Source: Octopus vulgaris
Lineage: Eukaryota
Reading direction: 5' to 3'
NCBI GenBank assembly: GCA_951406725.2
Contig: OX597814.1
Location: 152,396,001 to 152,460,000, forward strand
Length of the DNA stretch: 64,000 bases
Shown: positions 13,546-27,473 of the stretch, one piece after another
How the letters are laid out: every line of letters begins with the position of its first letter
How positions within the stretch are numbered: the stretch's first letter is position 1
The notes under the pieces: model-generated
What the model was told of the DNA's origin: nothing
The model's database searches: none
What the model saw: the letters and a program-made list of their open reading frames with translations, nothing else
Program-made: the position numbers and the translations under genes

Positions 13546-15637
13546 AGTATAATCCCTTTTATGATATTAGATTTAACGTTTGGTTGAAATGGGAAGGCAT
13601 TTCATATAATGATACTTTCACACAGACATAACGTTTAGTCGTCACTTTAACTTCATTTACAAAGGATATGGCCAAAGACATCAAGCATGGTGCAATCTCT
13701 TAACCTAAGAATGAAATATTAAATGAACTGTAGATGGTTTCCCTGAGCTAGCTATTCTATCAACAATTCTATATTTTTATGCTTCCTCAATAGATATGGA
13801 GTTTTAGCCCTTTAAAACTGGATGTATATGCATTAAAGTATCTACAGTCGGCCTTGTTCGAGTAGTTCTTTGATTTAAGGTTTTGCAGCCGTAGCCACCT
13901 CGTCGTTTTGGGAGCAATTAGATCTACAGTATCCCTCCTGAAGATGGAATTGTGTGATCTGGAAAAGATTTAAGTTCTGTTTCTAGCAGGTCGAGCGACT
14001 ACGAGGCTTCCTCGTTGGCTCATTACTCTTTCTGTGAATTCCGAAAGCTGTAATTCTGCAAATTACTAGAGATGCATCGACATATTTTTTTAGTGGTGAA
14101 AATGTTTTGATTTGTTTTCTTTTAACGTGGAGTAACATTGTGATGATAATGGACAGGTGGTCAGAGAAAATTCGGGTAATTATTTGCCGTTGTGCAGAGA
14201 AAGTTTTAAAAAACCACTCTCAACTACATTGACATGACACATTGAAAAATATTCAAAAAAGAAAACGATTCGCGTAAAGAATTATAACGCTTGTAGGTGA
14301 TCAACAATTATCCACAAAAACATGAAGTAAAAAACAATGTTCTTTGACGGCACACAAAGAATAAGGTCGATATAGCTCGTAGGATGAGTTCCTGGATCTA
14401 ATGGAAATTATAAGCTGAAAGGGTGAAGGTGTGAAATAAGTGGAAGTACTGTATTATTATAGTTAGTTGAAGGGTTAAAAAGTGCATGGGCACTTCACCG
14501 TTGTACTTCTGACTTGAGGCATAAAAACTCTTGACAACTAGTACTAGTTTGTTTATATCCAAGAACCTTAGTAGTTCGGTCAAAGATGGTGGTAGTATAA
14601 GTACCAGACTTTAAAAAAATAAGTACTGAGTTCGATTTGTTTTCGACTAAATCCTTAAAGGCATAAACCCCTTATGGCTGCAGTCCAATAACTGAAACAT
14701 GTAAAAGATAAAAGATATAATCCCGGTTTATGAATGTTTTTTTCATAAACTTGTTGCATTCATTAAGTCACAACTAGAACCACCGCCTGCCGGATGTAAA
14801 GAAGAGAAATTTGGACTTTACCCAGCTTATGTACAATTGTAGCAACAAAGCCATAATTATATAAGTGTATTATATAAGTGTACATTTTATGTTTCACCTT
14901 TCGATGAAAACTGCGATCACATTTACATAGCGTATCCTTGCATTATTCGATCATTATTCTAATTACAAAAAGGATTAAATGAACCGAGACATAACAGGCA
15001 TCGGAATGTTTTGGAATATTTTTATATCATTAAAGTTGGCTACGAAATGTAAATACAGGATAAGTTAATTTTGTGAATATTTTAGAAAAAGACACACAGT
15101 TTAAACTCTCGTTGTCTCTATTTTTAACGGTAATTTTGTATCATTTTTTTCTTTTTTCTACACCACTATCATGAAATATATCATATTTAATAACAAATTT
15201 ACATGAAAAGACTTTGTTGTAAATATACAAGGATGGATGATGGAAAATGAAACATATTTAATAGTCGCTGATGCGGAAGAAAATCGATTTTAATTTCATG
15301 TTGTTACAAGCTTGATCCATGGGTGTTAATTGGGAAAATATGATACATATTTATTGATTACATTTAACAATGCAGAAACAATTTGCATTAGCAAATAAGG
15401 AAGACTGCACGTAAAAATTTGGGGATTGGTTTGACCGAAATTGAAGGAATCGAAAAATAATGATGCAAGTATGTACCTTGCTCTGTATCTGTATAAGTGT
15501 CCGTTGAAAGTGGGGTAGGAACAAGAATGCTCGAACCTTTATACCGAGTTTGCAAATCAGGTTCGATTCCAAAATGAAATATAACTCAAACCACTAACCC
15601 AGAGTAAGCGAGTAAAATATCTTTATCCTCTCATACA

Positions 15638-15779
<142 letters not shown>

Positions 15780-15936
15780 CACTTTATCATTATTGTTTTA
15801 AAGATAATGATAATCTATTTGAATTTTGAATTTATATTTGCTCGCTAATGTTCGTTCGGAAGTCGTGGGGCCTTCAGCTGAAGAGATGCGCAAGGAGAGA
15901 TAAATATATATTTTTTTTAATTGTTTATGTATTAAG

Positions 15937-15995
15937 CCTAGCTGATAAGCTTTAAGTGTCAATTCGGCACAGAAAGCGAAATCAGTTGATACGGG
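15937..15995 (+). ncRNA. HHR-like motif within a (TA)n-flanked ~390 bp island (probable PLE pLTR)
   Basis: CTGATAA-gcttt..gtgtc..ggcac..aaagc-GAAA-tcagttga-TA; C3/A8 mismatch and weak helix I. Confidence 0.5.
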
Positions 15996-16168
15996 GATAT
16001 CTATCCTCCCCTTTATAGTTCTACAATTGGGAACGACCATTTTTCTAAATTTATTTGCTACGTTCTCCGTGCGTGTTTACATATAGCGAGAGATGCGTGG
16101 TTTTAGAGAGTTTTAACACTTCTTTCAAGCAAACAGGTACATATTGCACCTTGACTTTTAATATATAT

Positions 16169-16247
<79 letters not shown>

Positions 16248-16340
16248 ATCCAAACAAGAAAACACGAAGAGAAAACACAACAACGCGAAGACATGGAACA
16301 AGTATAGTGTTATTGGACGCTCAGGAAAGGAAAGAAAGAA

Positions 16341-16381
<41 letters not shown>

Positions 16382-16384
<3 letters not shown>

Positions 16385-17581
16385 GATCTTCATGAAACAG
16401 TGTGCCGAGTGACATTGCTGTGTTTACTTCGCAAGTTGTAAAATTTGTGAAATTTTGTAATCACGTGTATTTTTTCATGGACAGGAAGTTGGAACAAAGA
16501 GCTAACGTGAAATTTTGCGTTAAACTTGGGAAGCCTGCTACAGAGACATTGAGCATGCGTCGGCAAGCTTACGGTGACGAGGCAATGGGTTGTACGCAAT
16601 GTTTCGTGTGGCATGGGCGCTTCGAAAGCGTAAGAACGTTACTGGAAGACAACGATCGGTCTGGAGGACCTGCCATGAGCATCACCTACGGAAATGTGGA
16701 GAAAATTCATCAGCTATGCTTGAGGATCGTCGAAGGACAATCAACGACATTGCAGATGTTGTCGGTCTGTCGTATTGGTCCACGCAAACCATCCTGAATT
16801 GAACATACGGCGTGTCTCAGCCAACTTTGTACCCGTCTGCTGACCACTAAGCAGAAAGAACATCACATCGAAGTTCTGTCAAAATCTCTGTTTGCGTACC
16901 GCTGACGACCTGTTCTTCATGTCGAAGATAATCACCGGTGACTTGAGGTGAGTCTACGAGCAAGACCCAGGGACGAATTAGCAGTCGTCACAACGGAAGA
17001 GGACTTCATCTCCACGACCGAAGAAGGCATGACTGAGCTTCAGCTCAATCAAGAGCATGCTCATCGTTTATTTATTCGACATCTGCGGTATTGTGCATCG
17101 GGAATTCGCCCCCCTGGGCCAAACCGTCAATTGATAGTTCTGCTGCAACGTTTTGAAGCGTTTGAGGGGGTATATTCAGCGAAAGCGACCGGATCTGTGG
17201 ATCGCGAAGCATTGGAGTCTTCAGGCGCCAATGCAATCTATCATTGAGCTCTCCTCATTTTTGAATTTCTCGCCAAAAACAACATGGCATCGCTTCCACA
17301 TTCGCCCTATTCGCCATCTTTTCCACAAGATCAAAATGCTGCTCAAAGGTCGTCGTTTTAAACACCGTTGTCGTGATCAAGAGTGAATCACAGAAGGCCC
17401 TCGACTCGCTTACGAAAAATGACTTCCAGGCCGGATTTCAAAAGTGGCAAGAATGCTGGGCTGGGACCGGTATATTGCTGCGCAAGGTGACTATTTCGAA
17501 GGAGATTATGCCAAAACTTAGGTAAATAAATTATTTTTATTAAACAGGACTAGTCCGGGAACCTTTTGTTACCACCTTGTA
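16382..17581 (+). mobile_element. Degenerate mariner transposon (transposase pseudogene ~16477-17520)
   Basis: EQRANVKFCVKLGKPATET...AYGDEAM...LEDNDRSG HTH, IITGD, KRPDLW and PYSP motifs across frameshifts. A right-TIR-like end ...ttaccaccttg is followed by TA; the left TIR was not found. Confidence 0.9.
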
Positions 17582-18550
17582 TAATAAGAACATTTCTTGT
17601 AGTGTACTGTAGTGTGGGTGCTACGAGTAAACCGAACTTGGAAATGTTGGATTCATATATTTTAAAATCAAAACGGCGAAAGGTTGAAAGACTGAAAGCT
17701 CCGGATAGAGAATTTTGAAATATTGTAGCGGAAAATAAAGTGGTAAACAGCCTCAGAAAACATTCATTTGCAGTTTTGAAAAGGTTTTTATTACAACATA
17801 TTTTGCTTTATTGTGCTACGTCAGAATATCTAAAGCAAGCGAGATAGAGTATGAACATCACAAAAAATATTTATTTATAGAAGTATATTATAAGAATATG
17901 ATATTGAAGACATAAGCAAAAACTGAAATAGTTTATTTATTAATACTTCCATTTTTTTAAATTCTCTCATTATTGGATAGTTTCTCTTCTCTTCTTTTAA
18001 TACAAACATAAAGAAATCAAACGATTGAAAGACCGAGTTATTTTATGTCGTTATTATGAAGTGAAAAAGTTACAGCGAAGGGAGATAAGCAAGTACACCA
18101 GTCTATCAATAATCAACTTGTTAATGGTTTGATAAGTTTGTTCTGTATTTAAAAAAAGAAGAGAAATGTTTAATAATGAGAGAATTTAAAGAAGGGAGTA
18201 TACGATAAACTATTTAAGTTTTACCTAATGTCTTCGATATCGTATCCCTCCAACATACTTTTGTTATTGTTTTGTAAGTAAATATGCTCACTATATCTCA
18301 CATGCTGTTATTTTTATATAGCATAATAGAAAAAAAGGTAAATGTTATATGTTTCCCAAAGAAACCCGTTTTAAACCGTATATAAATGTTCTGAAGAGCA
18401 TTTTCCCTTTTATTCTTCCCTGAAATAGTTTTATAGAATGGCACAGTAAAAAAAGAGTACTCATGTTATGATTCTCAAACTCCGTGTAAAAACTACCGTT
18501 TTTATCTTTTTATGAAGTGAATATTCTGACATAGCATAAAAAGATACATG

Positions 18551-18716
18551 TTCTTTTCTACTCTAGGCACAAGGCCCGAGATTTTTCGGGAGGGCCAGTC
18601 AATAAGATCGACTTCAGTACGCAACTGGTACTTAATTTATCTACCCCGATAGGATAAAAGGAAAAGTCGACCTCGGCGGAATTTTAACTCTGAACGTATA
18701 AGCATTTCGCGGCCTT
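18551..18716 (-). mobile_element. SINE family A fragment
   Basis: ttcttttctactctaggcacaaggcccga...agtcgacctcggcggaatt. Confidence 0.8.
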
Positions 18717-19057
18717 ATCATAAGATATATGTTAAAATAAGTTTTACATATAAACACCCTTTAAAACTATGGATAAAAGGTTTTTAAAGGCCAATTTTCA
18801 TATTTTCCCTCAAAATACTTTAAAATTCGGTGTTCTGAGTACTTGATATTTCAAGCTTTCGGTACTCTGATTTTTAGTTCTTTTGAATTTTGCCTTTCGC
18901 ATTTGCTCTTTTACTCAAACACACACACACACACAGATATGTGTGTATGTATGAATATATATTTATGAATGTATGTAAGTGTGTGTGTATGTATGTATCC
19001 AAAAGAGTTATAGCGAAAGGAATGCATAAATCAGCAGAACATTTTTACTCACTGGCG

Positions 19058-19785
19058 TACGTCGTTCAAATTTTATGTTGCTGGAGTAACTCCTCCTTTA
19101 TACAAAGATATTATTCAACATAGTTTCCATCAGAAGCGATACATTTGCACAATCGTTGGAGCCAACTCTCGGATCCTCATTGAAGATTATTCAGGTGAAC
19201 ACTGTTGTGACCATTTCCTCACAGACACTTCGCTTCGTCTGTCTCGTGAAATTGTTGCCACCATGAACTCGCCTTCAATAGACCAAACAGATGGGAGACG
19301 GAGGACGCCAGAACCAGTGAATAAAGGACCACTAACCAGTGCACAATGCTTGTTGCCTTGCTTTCCAAAGATGAACGTAGTCATGCATTGTTATAGTAAA
19401 TGCTGATAGTTTCAGATCTATGAGTTTTTGAGTCTCTCAATGCACCGGTTGCTGTTCACAGTACAACCACGATTCCGAAAATCAAAAACAATGATGCCGT
19501 ATCATTCAAAAATCAGTACCATAGCTTTCTATGCCGATCGCTGGCTCTTGAACTTCTTAGGCTTTGAAGATGTTTGAAGCAATTCCATAGGCTGTGTTTT
19601 TGTTTCCAGATCCAAAAGGTACAGCCGCGTTTCAGTCTTTGTCACGAGACTAGATAAAAAAAAGTGTGTCATCACTAGTTCAAATGCATCCAGCTGATCA
19701 AATAGACTTCTACCACATGATTTAAGCACGCTCTCCGATCTCCAAAATGCTTCCATTATCTGAATTACATTGTGAATGGATATCG
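19058..19785 (-). mobile_element. Second, highly decayed mariner remnant (DDD domain)
   Basis: FLSSLVTKTETRLYLLDLETKTQPME...KPKKFKSQRSA resembles IVTGDETW...DPETK..SMEW..PKKFK. The C-terminal KCIASDGNYVE* is also present. Confidence 0.75.
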
Positions 19786-20518
19786 AATTTCTGAGAGAGA
19801 GAAAGAAAGAGAATCACTTATTGTTACATATAAATATTGCAAAATGCTTTCGTTTGGGGCACAACCCATTCTGTCATTCACTACTCTGAATAGTAACTAT
19901 ACTATTTATTAACAGGAACAAGCTAATAATTTGAGTTAAAGAAGTATAGTCGAACTAACTACATCACTGGTACTTTATTGCATCAATTCGGGAAGAAGAA
20001 CGGAAAACGTTGACTCGAGCACGACTTGAACTCAGAACGACTCTACCAATTTTGCTAACCTGATAATTTTAGTTTTGGTCAAATTCACTTCTACAAGTTT
20101 TTGTTTGAGCAGGGAATAGTTGATTAAATGTACCCTAGTATGTGGCTGGTACCTTATTTTACTATCCCCGAACCGATAAAAAATTAAGGTGACCTTGACA
20201 GAATGTGAACTCAGGAAAGGAACGCAATTAAAATCATAAAGAATTTTGTTTGACCCTCAGCGAATTTCTCCAATATGCCATCCTTTATGTTGCCTAATAT
20301 TTTAAAGGACATTGAGAGAATAGTTAAAGTATCGGACACTGTTTGCTGTATCAAGCTACGTATATTTTTGCATTTTCTCTCGTGATCTAAATTCAAATCC
20401 CATCGATGTCAACTTTGCCTTCTTTCCTTCGGTATCCGATAAAATAAAATTACAAGTAATCCACTCTAATTTTCTCCAAAATGTGTTCCAGTGTTAGAAA
20501 TTAATATTGAATTGAATG

Positions 20519-21110
20519 AAGGCGGCGAGCTGGCAGAAACGTTAGCACACCGGCTGATATGCGTAGCCGTATTTCGTCTGCCATCACGTTCTGAGTTCAA
20601 ATTCCGCCGAGGTCGACATTGTCTTTCATCCTTTCGCAGTCGATAAATTAAGTACCAGTTACGCACTGGGGTCGATGTAATCGACTTAATCCGTTTGTCT
20701 GTCCTTGTTTATCCCCTCTGTGTTTAGCCCCTTGTGGGTAGTAAAGAAGTAGGTATTTTGTCCGTCTTTACGTTCTGAATTCAAATTTCGCCGAGGTTGG
20801 TGGATAAGATAAGGAACAGTCAAGCACTGGGATCGATGTAGTCGACTTATCCTCGGCCCCGAAATTGCTGGCCTTGTGTCAAATATTTGAAACTAATTTA
20901 TTAATTGAATGAAGGCGGCAAGCGCGCAGAATAGTTAGCACGCCGAGCAGAATGCTTAGCAGCATGTCATCCATCTTTCCGCTCTGAGTTCGAATTCCAC
21001 CGAGGTCAGCTTTGCCTTTCATCCTTTCGGGTTCGATAAAATAAGCACCAGTGGAGCATTGGAGTCGTTGTAATCGACTTACCCCCGCCCCCTGGACTTG
21101 TTGAAACCAA
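20519..21110 (+). mobile_element. Two tandem SINE family A copies
   Basis: Heads aaggcggcgagctggcaga (20519) and aaggcggcaagcgcgcaga (~20912). Confidence 0.85.
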
Positions 21111-21941
21111 TATTTATTTGAACAACTGGATGTTTTTTGTTATATATTGGGAAGATCATTATGCTAATAGTAAATACAAGAATTGGTTCTATTTCACTTT
21201 TTCTATTATTCGTTAACCAATTAACTAATTGACTGTTTGACTAACCATTCAGTTAATCAATCAGTTGAGTTTGTCAAAGCCCTTTCGTTACCATTCGCCA
21301 TCTTCAATGACATGCCTTCTTACTCCAGGCTAATTTCAGATCTCTTCAAGACTGAATGCTATTTTCCTTCGATCTTAAAGTAGTAGCTTTACAATTATTC
21401 TGAATATGAATCTTAATCATTGAAGCCTAACACTTTAATTTCAAAAGCCAGATGAAACACTTTAGAATTCAGGTAAATCGCAAACATGTGGTTCTAGGCT
21501 CAATCCTTTTTTAATTATAGGAAGATGTTTCCCCTTTTTAAGTTGTTTGAGAGGATACTGCAGATTGTTTTTGTCTTGCAATGATGTATGTCAAATGAAA
21601 ATACCAAAAGTTTCCACTAAAACATTTCCACTTCCCAAAGCTATATAAACCATGCTTCAAATCAAATATTGTAATGTTTTAGAGAGATAGTTTCTTCCCT
21701 TTTCCCCATTTCTGTTGTTACGTCCTTCTAGCTAGCTGTTGCTTTCGTTATACTTGGCTTTGTTTTTAGAAAATGTTTTTCCATAATGTTTCAAATGTTT
21801 CTTTTGTGGGTAACTGATCAGCTTTTATGTTGTTACCGCATATTGTTCTACAGAAATTTTGCGAAATGGTTTCAAAAGCATAGTTTTGAGATTACCGCTT
21901 TTCTCGAATGCAATAGCTTTTTCACTGATTATTTAAAGTCG

Positions 21942-21942
21942 A

Positions 21943-21984
<42 letters not shown>

Positions 21985-22003
21985 CATCGTCGTTATCATG
22001 TCG

Positions 22004-22047
<44 letters not shown>

Positions 22048-22070
22048 ATTGTTGTTGTTGTTGTTGTTGT
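21942..22070. repeat. (ATT)n-(GTT)n microsatellite
   Basis: Direct reading. Confidence 0.95.
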
Positions 22071-22818
22071 CATATCGCCATTTTGTTGTCTTGTTGTTGC
22101 TGTTACTATTTGAGTTCTTGCTGTTGTTCTCCTTTGACGTGAACAAGTGTGTTCTCTAGAGTTCCTTTTGCCAAGTTTAATGGATGATAAATGCTTTTGC
22201 TTCTCGTTTTTCATTCTGAAATACTGACAAAAGCTTTCGAATTAAGAATTCACCCCAATTCCCTATGGTAGAAAATGTTTGTTTTAACATTATTTTCTAA
22301 ATTTAATGTATGTATTGCTTCTATCGGCAATTTGCAAAATTTTGTAGCACAGGAAGTTACATAAGAAGGGAGATGCTGTTACAATTGTGGTGTACAGATA
22401 TGAAAGAAGTGTCTTTGTTGAAGGTAAAATGTTTTAGTATATAAATTTTCCCATATCTGGTAGTTTTCAGAATTTCAGCAGTAAAAGCATGATTGGAAAG
22501 ATTACAAGCAAGTACTGAGGCATTGCTTTAAATTTGTTTTTTTTTTGTTTGATGTATGTTCATCTTCTCCACTGTGCCTATATAGCCTCAACTGCACCCA
22601 TTAATAAATGGGCTAGTTTGATCTTTACTACTACCATCGTGTAGTCTGTCTTCATACTCTCGAGTTCCACAATATATGATAGAGCTATAGCTTTAGTTAA
22701 GTATACACAAAAATAACGGAGACCCAGAATGTGTCAGTGAAAGATTTATTTAATTATTGATGCGCGGTTTCAAAGTGCCTCCAATGGCTGTATCGGAGGC
22801 ACCGACTGTAAGTGCAGT

Positions 22819-24060
22819 TCAAGCTGACTTATGAGGATGGGACAAAACGGTTGCTTTAGCCAGGGCTTGTTTTGTGGATTTGAAGGCTGGATGAAGCGAT
22901 GATAAAAATTTGCCATACCCAGAAATTAGTGCAGAGCTTTGCTTGTGGTGGGACATGGAAAGGATAAGATAGCTTTCCCTTTTCGTAGCAGGTGGGTAGC
23001 ACCAGCACCTGTGATTCGATGTCCAGGAAGTCGATTTCTGTAACACCAAAAACACATATGGAGGGGTTGATTACCAGATCATACTGTTCCAGTCTATCAA
23101 AAACAGTACTAGGTGCTTCTAGTGTAGCTCCGCATTTTGGCTTGCGATAAGAATATCATCTAAATATGCAAGGACAAAATCAAGACCCCTGTACACGGTG
23201 TCTATCAAGTTTTAGAAAGAACGTGCTGCGTTTTTCAGGCCAAAGGGTGTACGTAGGAATTCATACAGCCCGAAAGGAGTTATCACAGCGGTTTTAGGTA
23301 CATCATTGTCTTGTACTGGTATTTGGTGGTAACCTCGGATGAGGTTGACCTTCGAGAAAACCGAGCACCCGGCTTGCTTGTGAGGAATAGGGTAGCGGTC
23401 GTGTGTCGTGTCTTTGAGGATCCCAACCCCAGTTGAGTTTCGGTGCCACATGTAGTGGTGACATGCAGTGGTGACGACCAGGGACTGCTTGATCGGCGAA
23501 TAATTCCCAACGCCTCTATATTGTCAAACACGGCCTTTGCGATAGCAAGTTTGTTTGGTGATAGACGACGTGTGCAGCTGTGCACTGGTAGGGGGATGTC
23601 ATGTGTCACTCCGTGGCAGGCTGCAGATTTGGAGAATGTTGGTGTAGTGAGATTTGTGCGACTCGCAAGGAGATTCGTGAATTCGTTCTCGGTATAAGAG
23701 ACGTTTGCTATGCGGGAAGCGGTATGTGCAGATGTTGCCAGAGACACGGAAGCGTATGTGTTACTGTTGATGAGTCGTCTCCTCTGCAAATCAACCAATA
23801 ACAAGTGTGCTCGAAGAAAGTTTGCCCCGATAATGGACTGATGGACATCGGCGATGGTGAATGCCCGTGTGTATTTATGTGAGCCGATGTTGCGAGAAAG
23901 GATGCGATGACCGTACGCTTCGATTGTGGCCCCGCTTTCCGTAACGGAGGTCCCATGCCGACGCTGGGATCATGCTGACTTCTGCTCCTATGTCGATTAG
24001 GAACCTACGTCCGGAGCTCCGATCGCGGACGTAGAGGAACAGTTGATCGTGTTTGCCGGC
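22819..24060 (-). pseudogene. pol: Gypsy pol (protease plus RT), frameshifted
   Basis: RDRSSGRRFLIDIGAEVS; SSSPWSSPLH; DRYPIP; FSKVNLIRGYHQIPV..DVPKTAVITPFGLYEFLRTPFGLKNAA; YLDDILIAS. Confidence 0.9.
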
Positions 24061-24119
24061 CACCAGGGTATTCAATGGCAGCTGGCCCTGGAATTCCCCG
24101 GGGCCGATGGCCAAGGGAT

Positions 24120-24714
24120 CCTGAAACTACATGGCTGTTTGCACTTCATAGCCTTTTTCCCGAAGTTTGTATGATAGAACAGGTCGTCTTGCTTAACTCT
24201 ACCATGTCTCGGGGCCGACCCTATGGCGTTGACTGTAACACCACTGGATAAGAAATGCTTGTCGGCTGCTTTCGCTAACTGCTGCAAGTCTTTGAGTTAT
24301 GAGGGCCTGGACCAGGGGTGGTAACTTGCAGAGGAATATTTCCATAAACAAAAAGGAAGTTGACTCACCAGGGGGAAATAATGTCAACATCTTGTCCATC
24401 AACTCCGAAGGCTTAGAATCACCTAATTCTTCCTCCAGTATCTTCGCTGCTGCTTCCCAGTCGCTCCGCCGGAATGTATCCACCAGCCTGTCTTTTAACG
24501 GGGTGTATTTGTGCATTGAAGAGGGTTGGGTTAAAATGTCCATCACCCTCGTTGCCGTGTCTTCATCTAGTGCCACTACTACGTACGAATATTTCGTTAG
24601 GTCTGAAGTTACTTTGCGTATGTTAAATTGCGCTTCCACCTGCGCTAACCATAGCGCAGCCCTCTTTAACCAGAACTGTGGTGCCTTCCGAGCTGCTGTG
24701 TGATCGCTTGCCAT
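24120..24714 (-). pseudogene. gag: Gypsy gag with CHCC-type knuckle remnant
   Basis: PQFW...LWLAQVEAQFNIRKVTSDLTKYSYVV..LD...LGDSKPSELMDKM; FYHTNFGKKAMKCKQPCSF. Confidence 0.85.
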
Positions 24715-24769
24715 GGTTCTGTGATTTCTTGTTTGCTGCGATGCGCGAATCGAAAGCTGTTGCTTCTTT

Positions 24770-24781
24770 GTGGAGTCACCA
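24770..24781 (-). promoter_or_regulatory. Primer-binding site (TGGTGAC, tRNA-Trp-like)
   Basis: TGGTGACTCCAC lies 2 nt inside the LTR end; tRNA-Trp priming is typical of the CsRN1 clade. Confidence 0.65.
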
Positions 24782-25094
24782 GTTATAGCTTTAGTTAAGT
24801 TACACACAAAAAAAAAATTAACGGAGACCCAGAATGTGTTAGTGAAAGATTTATTTAATTAAACATATGAGGGTGACAGCTGCCATTCAACGCCTGCTTC
24901 GTAGAAGTCCGCTTAACCGGAAGTCTACTTCGCTGCAGACCAGCTCTCTAGCTAGTCCGCAGCGAAGTTTCTGTCCTAAATCCTTGGGCAGTACCTACCG
25001 CGCCGTTTCTGTTTTCTTTTCTCCCGTTCTACCATTCTATTATGTAACCATGCGTTTATTCCCTTCAATGTATGCAGTATATAAAAAGAGATAA

Positions 25095-25141
<47 letters not shown>

Positions 25142-26161
25142 ATGTTTAAGTATGTACCCGCACACTTGCTTGATTAAGACCAAACAATCTTTAAAAAAAA
25201 GCATTGACCGAACACCAACAAAAGGCTATTCTTTCCAGAGTGTGTCGAATCACACAGATACTTCCATGACAACGACAGTGAGAAAATACCTCCGCCCCGC
25301 CACTCTCTACAGTTATCAAGACATCCGCGTATGAATTTGCCATTACTATATGCCCAGGCATCTGTATGAGTATGTGAGAAATTACGCGAATGTGTGCATG
25401 AGGCTATTTGCGAGAGTATGTGTATCGTTACACGAGCTAATAACCTAATAACTTGACCAAGGCCCAGTCTTGCTTAGTCATCGCTCGAACCACTCTTACT
25501 AAGTAAAGCTGAAATTTTCTCAGATGTATATGAGAAGTGTTAACATTATGAGAGTAAGTGCTCTATGCGTGCACGAGTGCGTATGTGAGTGACCGACTGT
25601 ATATGCATGAGTATGTATGTAACATCGGGGAAAGCATTTATCGTTTATTGTACAATTTGCACAGTAAGCAAAACAATTCTGCAATAAAGATATTTAAATA
25701 CCACTTTCTATCTTTAAGAAAATGTAATTTTCTTTCTTTAAAAAAATGTGCTTTAAAAAATTACGGAAGTGGAACAATTTGAAAGAAATTGTCAGTCGTC
25801 AATGGGCGTTGAACGTTTATATTTTGCCTGAAGACATTCATTCTATAGAAGTATTGAATTTTCTCTTTTTACTCTAATACCGCTTGTTAATTAACAATAC
25901 GATAATATTGTGTGTGTGTGTGTGTGCGTGTGTGTCTGTATGTGCGTGTGTGTGTGTGTGTGTAATAAAATTGAGCCTTTACGATGATTTAAAATGACAG
26001 TAATCAGTACCTGTTCACAGAAAACCGAGCTAAAAATTTATTCGTTATTCTCGACTTTACAATGAATGAAATACTTTCAAATTTCAAATTCCAAAATATG
26101 TAAATCTTCATTGTTGATAAAATCAAGCGCAAATGGATGCTATTTTATTGTTTTCACTGTT

Positions 26162-26375
26162 AAAGGAGGTGACTTGGCAGAATCTTTAGTGTACCGGACA
26201 AAAATTGTTAGCGGTATTTCTTCTGGCTATACATACTTTCGAGGTTCAAACTCCGCCGAGATCGAATTAGTCTTTCATCCTTGCGGAGTCGTTAAAATAA
26301 GTACCAGCTGAGCACTGTGGTCGATGTATTCGATTAGCCCCCTCCCCACTAAATTTCAGGCTTTGTCCCTATAGA
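26162..26375 (+). mobile_element. SINE family A (diverged)
   Basis: ggttcaaactccgccgag...ctttcatccttgcggagtcg..aaaataagtaccag. Confidence 0.75.
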
Positions 26376-27139
26376 AGCAAAAACTGAATATCATTCCAAT
26401 TAATTTTGTATTAATTTCCATAGCCTTGGTTGCTGGCGTTATATAAATAACAGTTTTTGATTAAAAAACAAGGCCATCACTTTTAGGGAAGGAATTAGTT
26501 GAAACTGTAGATATCAGTATTTGATTGATGCTTTATTTCATCAACCCCTACTGTATGAAAGACGAAGTTGCCCCAGATGAAATAGAATGTAAAGGGTTCA
26601 ACTCCCGCCTGAGTCACAGTACCAGTCAAGTATAACGGATCGATGATATTTTCTACCCTCATTCTCTAATTTGCCGGTCTAAATCAGAAACAATTACGTA
26701 AATCGTAGTATACAAACCATTATCCGGATGTTTGAGTTTGACTAACTTTTGAGTTATTAGGGAATAGTAAAGGAAACTGTAAAATCCGGGAGACGAATAT
26801 GTCATATGATATATAAAATAATAGTAATAACGAACGTAGCTTTGTGTATACAAAACATATTTATGTAAAAAGAAATTATATATGTTTTATTATATAATTC
26901 ACACGTGTATCATGGGAAATATAAACACAACACCTTTCTGTTGACAATATATTGCAAACTTGCAATTTATCACCTACTATACGATTTCGGTTAATTACAT
27001 GGGATAATCGTTTAGGCTATAAATGCATTCATACACAGACTCTGCACGTGTGTGTACACGCACGTGTATACATAAATTTATATATGTACATATGTATGTA
27101 TTTCTGTATGTATACATATATACACATGCACGTCGATAG

Positions 27140-27203
<64 letters not shown>

Positions 27204-27435
27204 AGAGAGAGAGAGAGAGTGACTTGCGGGACCCGTGAATATTTTACGAAATTGCACTTCTGCGCATGCGATAAGCGAAGGTGATATAAAAAAAACAGTT
27301 CATTTTTTAAAAAATACACTTCCCACTATCCAATCACTACCACCTCCTGCACTGCCACTACTACCACCACCACCAACACTACTACTACCACCATCATCTC
27401 TCTTTCCTCCTCTTTCTCTCTTGCCCGCCTCTCTT

Positions 27436-27473
<38 letters not shown>

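Larger units (their letters stand above)
22686..25035 (-). mobile_element. Ty3/Gypsy LTR retrotransposon, CsRN1-like, lacking RNase H and integrase
   Basis: gag, protease (FLIDIGAEVS) and RT are present. The LTR 3' ends are repeated at 22686-22756 and 24784-24861. PBS TGGTGAC at 24770-24781. The outer LTR boundary is approximate. Confidence 0.85.

Noticed and set aside
21600-22680. Possible decayed DNA-transposase sequence
   Set aside because: Coding-like texture, but no motif or TIR I could identify with confidence.
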